A stretch of 64,000 nucleotides of DNA from Felis catus (taxonomy: Eukaryota): contig NC_058368.1 in assembly GCF_018350175.1 (NCBI RefSeq), forward strand, positions 126,916,001 to 126,980,000, given 5' to 3'. The notes below the pieces were generated by a model. The model saw only the letters and a program-made list of their open reading frames with translations, searched no databases and was not told where the DNA came from. Positions 54,012-64,000 of the stretch are shown one piece after another (positions within the stretch are counted from its first letter, which is position 1; every line of letters begins with the position of its first letter). Made by a program: the position numbers and the translations under genes.

Positions 54012-55859
54012 CTTGAACAACAAAAAACAAAGACAAAACCAAAAATCCTTCTTGGTATTCTAGTACTCTTTTACAAAGATCCAGTTTATCACAGTAATTG
54101 ATTCCCTCTCTTACACTGGGAATATTACTATATTAAATGGCTAATGGATAAACTTAGGTAACAGTGGCACTATAGTTCTTTCAGAAATAAGATAATTAAG
54201 TAGCTATGTGTGCCAAGAAAATTTGCTTTGAACATTTCTATGGTACCCTCTCATTATTTCTGGCTACATGATTAGTAGTAAACTTGAGTGACTGCTTTCT
54301 TCTGATACCATTTCAAGTCTGCTGTTGAGTTCTCCAGGCATCACTCTGACTACCAGAAAAAAAAAATGAAGACAGAATTTTTTTCACTAGTTAAACAATA
54401 CGCTGAACTGTTTATAACATTGAGTTTTTCTCCTCCTAATTCCCCAAGACAACTTTATAATTGGCTCAGAATGACAATAATAGATTAATAAGTATGAAAT
54501 AATCATTACGAACACTCCTACTTAAAATAAGGAGAGTTTCCAGAAGCTGAAACTAAAAGAATTCAAACTAAGCAGTTGAACAGGCTAATTCTGGGATTCC
54601 CAGCTCATTCCTGGTAAGGGTAGATTGCTTCTTATTTACTGCAAATATTCTTTATTCATTTCCCAAACATTGCTTCACTGTGTACCATGCGCAAAGCACT
54701 GTGGTAGTTACTGTGTAGGAAACCAAGGGGGGAAAGATCTAGTGTTTTCCTTCACGATGGAGACGGGTATTAGTGGCAGGGTTCCCTGACGAGGAAACTG
54801 ATGAATAGGAGGGACTGAAGAAAGTCAGGATGAGGAAATAAGTAGTGTATAAAGGCGGGCCCTAGTGACAGTTAATTCAATAATTAGTGAAATGTGGTTT
54901 ATGTTTAGCCCTGCTTTCCTGGGCAGTCCTCTTGAGCTATAAACAGACATAACTGGCCTAGAGTTCAAGTGGGCAGTAAGACTTCAGCATCTACTCGTTA
55001 ACTCTGATCGGTCTGTCATGGGCTGATGTACAGGAGAAGCTGCCATCTCATCAAGAAATAGGACTGTATCTCTCTTTGAACAACTGGTTGTTATGGATGT
55101 CCAGCATTCAGTTCTCCTTTCTTTTGAAAACAATGTCCTGATTTCCTTACTGTTAGGTGGGACCACTGTGATTGGCTCAGGGTAAGGTCTACCACCTTTA
55201 ATTATATGGGAGCTACTAGAGAGAGATGCTCTTTTTTTTTCTGTTAAACCTAAAACCTGGAGAGCTATAGCTCTAGGATCCTGACACTGGTGCTGTGCCT
55301 ATGTGTTTGGAAACTGAGAACAAAGCCTAAAATACAAAGAGTAAATCCTCACAAAGGATTCTAATGCAAATGATAGGTACCCATAGTCTACTTAAAATTT
55401 CACGGAACCTCATTAAGCGGGGGACGAAGCCATCCACACGCTACTTGTAGGAGGAATGCATCCAGGAGGACATTTTGCCATGTGAAACAAGTGTGTAAAA
55501 ACTGCTTAAGAGTATACTCTTCACTAGTATACTCCACAAGGTCAACTTTGCCCTTTAAATTGACTGAGGCATAATCACAAGGCAACGGAAAAAAACAGAG
55601 TTGCTTGTCAATTTGAAGAAATATTTGAGTCAATGTAAGGTAACACTTAAAAACAGATTTTAAAAAAGGAATTGTCTCTTTCTGAAAATAATTATGGAAC
55701 TGGCACACGACAAGCACTGTGATAACTGACACATGTAAGCCAACAAGCAAAACTGACCAAACAGGAGAACATTTAGGTATGTGAAAAATGAAGCAGTTCT
55801 TCTGACAGCCAAAAAACAACTTCACAAGACCACTTGAGTTATGTATTTTGACTGGTAAT

Positions 55860-56128
55860 GCGTCATGTTAGTACTTTTATTTAAACCACAACAACGTTTG
55901 TCTTCCTAAAAATAGTTTCTGCACTTTAGAAAAGTACAATATGAAGTTGCAGACGAGTGCTGGGCTTAACATACCACCAGAGTTGTAAGAGATTTTTGAA
56001 GCCCTGCTCACTGGATTTCACAAACGTCCCATCTCTCCTACCAGGTCCAGTCTAAAGGTACATGCAAGTAAATCACAACACCATAACGTGATTATGATTG
56101 AAGAACACCATGACCTGCAAATTACAAT
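55860..56128 (-). CDS. Candidate proximal alternative last exon (acceptors at 56128 and 56114), mostly 3'UTR
   Basis: ttcagtaattctctttttcag|ATTGTAATTTGCAG|GTCATGG; a 148-nt intron separates it from the upstream small exon; AATAAA at 55876-55881; non-repetitive sequence. Confidence 0.45.
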
Positions 56129-56276
56129 CTGAAAAAGAGAATTACTGAAGCAAAGCTGAAAAAAATCACATAATTATCTTAGAAGAGAACTTTTTCCTTA
56201 AATGTAATTTTTCTTCCCACTGAGCACGCATAGAAGCCACCCGTGAGCACTCATGTGGTTCCTTTTTAGCCTTTAC

Positions 56277-56310
56277 CTGTTTGCTTTAAAGACGAGAGAA
56301 GAAGAATCTG
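56277..56310 (-). CDS. Candidate 31/34-nt internal exon with NAGNAG acceptor
   Basis: ttggcttttaag|CAG|ATTCTTCTTCTCTCGTCTTTAAAGCAAACAG|gtaaag. Possible readings are ILLLSSLKQT, SSSLVFKAN or RFFFSRL*. Confidence 0.5.
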
Positions 56311-56901
56311 CTTAAAAGCCAAGTATACTGATAAATGTTTACCGATAAAATCTTCCAGATGGGCCTACTTTCAAGGAAGGTCAATTACAAGCCTCGTGTC
56401 TCTCCTTTTAATGATATCCTTTAATGATCCCCTTCCTCTCCCAGAAAATTAAATCACAAAAACAACTGTGGCTGAGAATGACCCAGTAATCCTCATAATC
56501 ACATTGCAATAACAGACAAGGAGATCAAAGCACAGGTGTACTGAGAAATAGAGGTTTCCATCTTGCCATAAAATATGAACTTGCTACAAACTAAGATCAA
56601 ACGTGCTTTTAGCTTCTCAAACCCCAACAATTTCCAAATTTTACAAATGCTGTAGTCTCCTTGATTAATAAAATTCCCTCGATTTTCCTCCTCCCAATTT
56701 CTACCAAATATTGGCATTTGTTCATGTATTGTAGCTGTTTTTTCATAGGTTTAAGAATTAATTAATTTTGGAAATGTGGTGGATTATGTTGAATCTCTAA
56801 TTGCACTAAGACCCCCAAGTTTGTTAGTAAGCTATTATCTCCAATATTGTAAAGACAGAGCCTAGTGATGGAAAATTATGTAAAGATAAATGTGATGCTA
56901 A

Positions 56902-57335
56902 TGTATTAGTTAGAAATTGAATTAGGCAACTACTACTATCTTCAATAAGAGAGCAATTTATTTTTGTTTCATGTTAAGAAAATCCAGAGATAGGCTGAGG
57001 CTGGAATGATGACACCATTTTCACCGAAGATCTAGGCTCCTATCATCTTTCTGTTCCACCATCCTTCACACACGTCTTGCATTCTCAAGGCCATTCAGGT
57101 TTCAGGATGGCCACTGACGCTCCGCCCATCACATGAACATCACAAGTCTATACTATAGGAACAATGGCAATAGTGAAAGGGAATGTTTCCAGGCAAGATC
57201 TCCGTCTGCTTACATTTCATCAGTTACACCTATGTCTCAGAGAGGTTGAGAAAGCAGTCTTTTGTCTGGGCAGATGCCCCCCAGTATAACTCAGATTCAC
57301 TTACTAGTGAATATTGGTTACCAACTGAACACATT
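56902..57335 (-). mobile_element. MaLR LTR (MLT1 family)
   Basis: Begins TGTATTAGTTAG on +; CTTTCTGTTCCACCATCCTT...CAGGATGGCCACTG resemble antisense MLT1. Confidence 0.65.
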
Positions 57336-57428
57336 GGTTCACATACTGGTTACCAACTGAACAAATCTATTGAGGATACTTAGCACTTCCAGTTTTTGCC
57401 ATACCATACGTACAATTATTGATTTCTT

Positions 57429-57642
57429 TTTTTTTTTTTCAAAGTTTTTATTTATTTTTGGGACAGAGAGAGACAGAGCATGAACGGGGGAGGGGCAGAG
57501 AGAGGGAGACACAGAATCTGAAGCAGGCTTCAGGCTCTGAGCCATCAGCCCAGAGCCCGACGCGGGGCTCGAACTCACGGACCGCGAGATTGTGACCTGG
57601 CTGAAGTCGGACGCTTAACCGACTGCGCCACCCAGGCGCCCC
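57429..57642 (-). mobile_element. Young felid Can-SINE
   Basis: TSD CAATT(A/G)TTGATTTCTT at 57413-57428 / 57643-57658; CpG-rich body. Confidence 0.97.
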
Positions 57643-58529
57643 CAATTGTTGATTTCTTAATATGAGACGGAGTTTGGTCTAATCCCTTGCTTACAGATAA
57701 AGAAACTGACAGCAGAAAGATTAAAATGTTTTCCCCAAACTATAGAATCAGCTGAGAACTGGAAGCAAAATCCAGACCCTCAATCTATCAGTAAAGATCC
57801 AGGTTTTAACTGACAAAACAAACTTCAACAAGGTTAGCCCAGGACATTCAGCTAACCAACTGAACAGTAACACATCTTACTACCTGGGTAAGACCCTGTG
57901 ACTCATACTTCAGGCTTTACGGTCATAACTGCTCACAAACTGTAAAATCCACCCTCTTTGGTAATAAAGTGAGAATCACCATATTTACCACAAGACTTCT
58001 ACAGGTTCATATGGCCACTAAATTACCAAGAAAATGCCACATAATGTGGCAGTATGGGTTGCAGTTTGTAGGAGAGCAGAATGTTCCACACTCGAGGGCA
58101 AAGACTGGTACTTGAATTTCATGAGTGAACGCAAGGTCTTTTATGGTGGTGGCTTTTGAAGCACACACACAAACACATTATTATGGTGTGTCTTGAAATT
58201 GATGTTCTCAAAATAGCATCCACCATTATACAAAGGAGGTTTGGATGTTTTCAGCCTTTTTCTTTTTTTTTTTTAAGACATTGCTCTTTTCCTCTTATCT
58301 CTTCTTCAGTTATGGTCATCACTTCCTCACCCTCTCCTCCCAGCAGCCTTCTCTGCCAACCACAGTACACGATGGTAATCCAGGTACTGTATGTTTTCCT
58401 CAGCACTTTGAACTACATTTTTAGGCACTTGCTCTCATGTTTCACTTGTTTTATGCCTTATGCTTGTAGAGAGCAGGGTCTGTACCTGCTTTACTTTTCT
58501 CACTACACAATACATGATAAAGATCTCAA

Positions 58530-59145
58530 TTTTCTTCCACAATGCCATGCTCAGAACATTTCAATATTCTCCCAAAGTAGTCTCCCTCTCTGCTTCCAGC
58601 AGTTCCATGGATCCTCCCTGCTCAGCCACACTCACCATGTATCCCACCTAGGTCACCTAAACCACAGAACACGGCAAGCCTGATTTATCCATACTCGGTG
58701 GTTCACCACTCTGTAAACGTACAAGTAAGATTTTTTAGGAGGTGGCCCCAACCTGCATTTACACTTGGTCTTATTCCTTGCTATTCCATCTATTTGTACC
58801 CTACTATAAGCTACTCAGAAATAGTCACCTCTTGTTTTACATGTCTCTGACTTCACACATGCTGTCTCCTCTGTCTGAAATGCCTATCTTTCTTTCACTT
58901 ATGAAGAAATTCCAAAAGGCCTTCAAGGTGTAAGTGAATTACTATCTGTGAAACTCTATGCTATGTATATCGAGCCTTTTCTAAAAGATGGGGAAGCTTG
59001 AGCATATCTTTACAAGAACTTCCATTATCACACCTATTCTACTGAATTTGGAAGATTCCATGAGTTTATAATTATATTTATTTTAGTTCACTGTGAATCC
59101 CAGGTTCTGGCACATGGGAGGTATTCAATAGTTTGTGAATGAGTG
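58530..59145 (+). mobile_element. L2 relic
   Basis: Ends GGTTCTGGCACATGGGAGGTATTCAATAGTTTGTGAATGAGTG; start approximate. Confidence 0.6.
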
Positions 59146-60855
59146 TCAGATTCCCTAACTAGACTTGAATAATTTTATAGAGTCTTTCTCCTTGTCCTAA
59201 TAGATCTTGTCTCATTTGATTCCATACTCACAGAGGCTAGCATAATGCTTACATGTAAATATCTTCACATCTCTTCTGTTTTTCCAGTTAATCGTTGATC
59301 CTAGAGCTGCCCTTTCAGGGGGGAATCTAGTCTGTTGCTCCTTGAAAACTCCCCCTCCTTCAAACTGCCCATGAACCCTGGGAGTTATTTAGGCTAACAT
59401 GGAGTTTTGCTCCTAAACTTTAGGTGGAGAAAGGATTGCCAATTAGCATGAAGGCTTCTGCTGTTGTTATGTGGTATCAGAGTTGAACACTGGTCCTGTA
59501 AAGTTTTGTGTCCTGCTGGTTCAGGTCTCCCCAGGCTTCTAAGAGAGCCCAACGTTGGACTCTTAAGATTATAGTTCTTTGATTTCATCTTGCTTGTTAA
59601 GGCAAAAGTCAGTCCTCAGTCAACAACCTTGGGCCATTGCCTTGAACAGGCATCCAGGCGTTTCCTTCCCTGCAGATTTGTTAAACCTCCTGGGCCTGTT
59701 CTATCAGCATTCTTTCCTCACAATAACTGCACAGACCCACCTGATCTATTCTAATGGGTTTTCCTTACTTTTGATAGCAGAGAGAGGTTCAGCCTCTCTT
59801 CTCCCAGTAGACTGCTGAAATTTGTAGGTAATTTGGTCTACTCTCTTAAATTTGACCAAGGCGGGGAGGGGCAACTTCTGATGAAAAGGGGGAGGTATTG
59901 TCACACACTTTTTCTAGTGAAAAAGAGGCCAGCCAGGCCTTTTATTTACGTAACTAAGAGACACCCCTTAGTGATTCATTTCAAAAATCATAAATATATG
60001 AACCCTTAGGATGTTTTCCAAAAACAGACTGAGTAATGGTAAGCACAGATTTAGAATTTCTGCTTCTTCAGTCATCCTCTTACATGTGCAAGGAGATGCT
60101 TATTGAAATTTAACAGTCATTTTTTTCCCAAGTCCGTTTTTCTTAGGAACAATAATTTATGACCATAAAGACAAGGTAGGATTAGGACAGTAGAAAAATC
60201 CTTGTCCTATAATTGCCCTTTCCTGAGAGGCCAAGAAAACAGGGAGTCTGATAATCAGTTATGAAAAAAAAAAAAAAAAGGTGAATGGCCTTAACAATCC
60301 AATAAGACAACAAGAGATTCATTCCATAGTTAAGATGTGGCAGTACAGGGTCATGTTTGAGTAGGATAGGACAGATACAGTAACAATAAATTTCAATTAG
60401 ATGACAAAGTCAGCCATAGATCACAGTGCATTTTCCATTAAGAACTGGAAAAGGGAGGCTTACCACTCAGCTTGTATTTGTTTCAGGAAGACATATAGTA
60501 ATCCTTTCCCCAAATGCGTTTACCAAGTTCAGCTTTATATAACATAATCCAGGGGGGATCACCCCAAAGTGAGGCTTAATTTACTGAATTGAAGTGACTT
60601 TGAAAAAGCACATTCTTTTCCCATGTTTTTAGTGCCTCTAAAATCCACAGGTGTCTTACAATCGATGGCATCTTGGAATTGATAAAATGAAGTAATTAAT
60701 CAAGTATTTTTAATGAAATAAAATGCTTTAAAAATATAAAAATGGACAACCTAAAAATTGTCCATACATCCAGGTTCCAGTTCAAGGATACGACTACATT
60801 AGTCTATTAAAACAGAGACACAGATAATAGTAGCAGGTGAAGATGAACTGGAGCA

Positions 60856-61038
60856 AGGTGGTTCTCAAAAGGGGTTCCCCATCAAGCAGACCATCAACAT
60901 CAGCATCACTTGAGAAGTTGTTAGAAATGCAAAATGCTCAGGTCCCACCCCCAGAAGTACTGAATCAGAATCCCTGAGGTATAAGGCCCTGCAATCTGAC
61001 CTTTAACAAAAATCTCACCATTGGTTTGAGAACCACTC
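60856..61038. mobile_element. MER5A-like hAT MITE
   Basis: Terminal inverted repeats GTGGTTCTCAAA / TTTGAGAACCAC; core TTGTTAGAAATGCAAA...CTGAATCAGAA. Confidence 0.85.
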
Positions 61039-61582
61039 CTACAGCACCAAAGAAGACACTTCACCAGCATTATTTGGCATCTCTTGGAAAAGAATACAAT
61101 CCTAGTATTTCAACCCAGTGGTAAGGCTACCATAAAGACAGAAAGATTCTAGGACCTGATGCAGGGAAGTACTTCTTTAAAGTACTTCCTCAGTTCCTAG
61201 GTTCTGACTCAATATTCATGAAAGCAGCTTCTGATTAAGAGTTAGCTTCCCAGAGGCTGAATTACAAGTAGAGAATGAACTGATCAGGCCAATGTGGTAT
61301 CCTGTCTACTTGGCAATGCATTTCTCACTGTAAATTACTTAATTAGTGTTCTTGCTGTCACATTAAATTCTTGAGTTCTGAGTATCAGTCACAGTACCCA
61401 GTCTAACTAGGTTCTGAGAAAATCAAATTTCTGAACATGAAAACCAAAGGTCAGTCTCTAAAATTTGCATATGTTTGTGAAGACACTGCCCAGAAGGCAG
61501 TATGACCACTGCATACATAAGCTATTTAAATGGATTTTTTTTTAACCAGGTCAAGAGAAGCAAAGAATTAAGGACAGTTAGG

Positions 61583-61903
61583 TCAAGGTTGCAAACTGGC
61601 AGTCTTCTGGCCAGATGTGGTCCACGGATGTGGTTTGGCCCACACACATTGTTTAAAAATTGGGAAATTTCACATAAAATTTTGGACTTCTTCCTGCCTT
61701 AAAAAAGCTAAAGATTTGACAACAGGGAGCCCACATCCTGGCACAAAAAGAGCCTGGAACTAAGTAGAAACTGCTTCCTCTAGATGGGCTGTTCCCTTTA
61801 GTTTGCTGCAGTCCCTACGGCTCCTTATTGCCTCATGGCCAGCCAGCTTGTCCTTTTATATTACCTGCCTGACCCCTGATGCGTTTGAGTTTGAGGACCA
61901 CTG
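61583..61903 (+). mobile_element. MER102-like hAT-Charlie element
   Basis: TTTAAAAATTGGGAAATTTCACATAAAA...AAAGATTTGACAAC...TTTGAGTTTGAGGACCACTG. Confidence 0.7.
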
Positions 61904-62549
61904 ATCTACATAAATATTTTTCATGGAATAAATAATTGAGATGATTTGAACAAAATAAATTATTCAGAAAATTAACAACTTTATTTCGTACCCTTATGGA
62001 TACTGGTATATATGTGTAGGTCGGGGTGTAGAGGATAGTTATCCTTAAAAAGAGACATAGTGGTGAGAATGAAGGTTGTGGTGGTAGAATGAAAAGTGTA
62101 CTGGACTGGTCCGCTAATGCCTAGATCTGGATCTGCCACACTTAGGGTTTACTGTGGTGATTAAATTAGATGATGTACGTTCAAGATCCTGATACACCAT
62201 AGGCTTTAAAAAATGGTTGTTGAATTAAACGTTGGATGTGTTTTTTTTACCTGCATTTTACTTTAGAAATTATACATAACACAGATAAACATAAAAAAAA
62301 AATCAAAGTTGACCCTCTGAAAGCCTTATGTTGCAATGAGCTAAAGGAATTAATGTTTACTGACTACAAAGTATAAACCGTGGGATGCTTCATAAACAGT
62401 GTCCCCTGCAGCAGTACTCTGAGTTAGTATTGTCCCTCTTTACACATTGAAAATCAAGGCTGTAAAAATTTTGGTAATTTACCCAAAGTGACGCAGCTAG
62501 TGTTAACCCGGGTCCATCTCACTCCAAAGCCTTTACTTGTGAGAACTTC

Positions 62550-62700
62550 AGCAGTTCTCAAACCAGCCTAATTAAAAGAATCTCCTGGGTTGCTAGTTAA
62601 AAACAGAGGCTCTCCTATTCCTGTCCAAGCTTACTGAATCAGATTCTAAAGGGAGTAGCCTGAGACTCTGCATGTTGTATCAAAGCCTTAGGTCATTCTT
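62550..62700. mobile_element. MER5-like fragment
   Basis: GTTCTCAAAC...AGAATCTCCTGGG...CTGAATCAGATTCT. Confidence 0.65.
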
Positions 62701-62794
62701 AATAACAGCAAGGGAACACTGCTTGAAAAAGCTGACAGAGTCAAAGTAAGCAGACATAGAATTGCTTTGCATTATGCTCAATAGAGGGAAGAAT

Positions 62795-62852
62795 GGAAGG
62801 AAGGAAGGAAGGAAGGAAGGAAGGAAGGAAGGAAGGAAGGAAGGAAGGAAGG
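62795..62852. repeat. (GGAA)n tetranucleotide microsatellite (~14 units)
   Basis: Direct reading. Confidence 0.97.
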
Positions 62853-62944
62853 CAAGGTAAGGAGAAGGGGAAGGGACAGAGGGAAGACAAAGAATCCTGG
62901 AGCTAATGTCTATGCCATTTGAAGGACTATGAGAAGGCACTTAC

Positions 62945-62977
62945 TAGATGGGTGCTTTCTTTCTAACTGTACCCAGG
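62945..62977 (-). CDS. Candidate 33-nt cassette exon
   Basis: ctcctgtgtttgcattaaacag|CCTGGGTACAGTTAGAAAGAAAGCACCCATCTA|gtaagt. Readings are WVQLERKHPS (phase 1), LGTVRKKAPI (phase 2) or PGYS* (phase 0). Confidence 0.5.
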
Positions 62978-63804
62978 CTGTTTAATGCAAACACAGGAGC
63001 CAGCCAACAGGAAGCGCAGCTTGCCACTGCAGAGGAGTAAAGCACTTTGAACTACAGGCATCTTGTACACCCAAATTACATGCTGTGATACACATAGTAT
63101 TTGAGCTGTTCCGCAAGACAGAAGCCAATTATTCTTGGCACATACTTCTATCGTGCTATCCAAATCACCATCCCTCACATGTGGAACTGTGCCACATCAA
63201 ATGCACCAAGCCATAAATTCTTTAAACTCTTAGAGATGAAAGTCAAACATTGGAGAAAAAGATAGTTTGGTACACACACCATATAGCTGAAAAGATGTAT
63301 GCTTAACTTATCACTGCTGAATCTATTAAGAGAAAATGGGCAGCAAAAGTCTGCTTTTGGAATTTTTCAGAGCGCAAACTGAACTTCTTCAATGTAATTC
63401 AGCATAATCATTGCATTTTCAATTTTTGGTGAAGTCACTTTATTTATGGTATTCATCTTAAAATAATTGACTTTTCAGCCTCTTTCTCTAAATGTTTTTG
63501 AACCCAGGGGAAAAACATAGACACTTAAACCAAGAATAGAGGCTGTAGGTACCATAAAATTCTGTTGGGAATCACAGAAACTGCACATATGTTCTGATTG
63601 GTAGTGTTATTTACAAATCATATCGATTAGTTGACCCACTCCCCCATCTCTTACCTCTTATAAATCTTGAAGTTAAGAGAAGGTTTCATCAAAACTGGTA
63701 GGTGATATTGAAATAGAAATCCAATGATAATTGTTAATGTTATAATAGAACATTTAAAAACAAAGATCCTGAAAGATTGAAACAGGACTAGAGGCACTAG
63801 TCCT

Positions 63805-63968
63805 GGGCTTCTCATCCTTTAATTTGCTTAGTCACATCCCAGGAACTTTGTTAAAGTGCAGATTCTGATTTAGGAGGGCTGCATTTCCTAGTGCTGAAGT
63901 TCTGCAGCTCTAACAAGTGCTCAGGTGGTACTCACACTGCTGGTCTAGATATCATAATAAGAGTAGCA
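63805..63968. mobile_element. MER5A-like fragment
   Basis: TTGTTAAAGTGCAGATTCTGATT...TAACAAGTGCTCAGGTG...CTGCTGGTC. Confidence 0.7.
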
Positions 63969-64000
63969 AGTCCACCAAATTAAGAAAGCTCACACTGGTG

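Noticed and set aside
57909..57939. Possible 31-nt minus-strand exon (ttttacag|...GAA|gtatga)
   Set aside because: Short pyrimidine tract, moderate donor and stops in all three frames; could be a stop-containing exon but is unsupported.
58156..58683. 175-aa plus-strand ORF
   Set aside because: Low-complexity Ser/Leu/Phe composition, non-ATG start, overlaps L2-like pyrimidine-rich DNA.
60464..60532. Possible 69-nt minus-strand exon ending GTG|gtaagc
   Set aside because: Good donor but poor acceptor (tatataaag) and stops in all frames.
61165..61189. 10-bp inverted repeat GGAAGTACTT / AAGTACTTCC
   Set aside because: Too short for an RNA gene or pre-miRNA; explained by duplication of the palindrome AAGTACTT.
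1..64000. CRISPR arrays, operons, rRNA, endogenous viral genes
   Set aside because: No regularly spaced repeat-spacer array and no recognisable rRNA or gag/pol/env sequence seen; dispersed repeats are mammalian transposons.

Overview
Repeat-rich mammalian genomic DNA, almost certainly from a felid: it carries young cat-type Can-SINEs and carnivore L1s. There are no prokaryotic features. The window opens in a CpG-island promoter (1-~930) whose gene probably lies off the left edge. About 50 kb of mostly intergenic sequence follows, dominated by L1, Can-SINE, L2, MIR, MaLR LTR and hAT MER relics, many with readable target-site duplications (TSDs). From ~51 to 63 kb on the minus strand, splice signals outline what looks like the 3' end of a gene entering from the right edge. 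It comprises a 33-nt exon, a 31/34-nt NAGNAG exon, a 9-nt microexon or recursive-type site, and two alternative short last exons, each with AATAAA. I could not identify either gene. The exon calls rest on splice-motif reading only, and repeat family names are from recall of consensus sequences. None of the long ORFs in the track looks like a real intronless gene.
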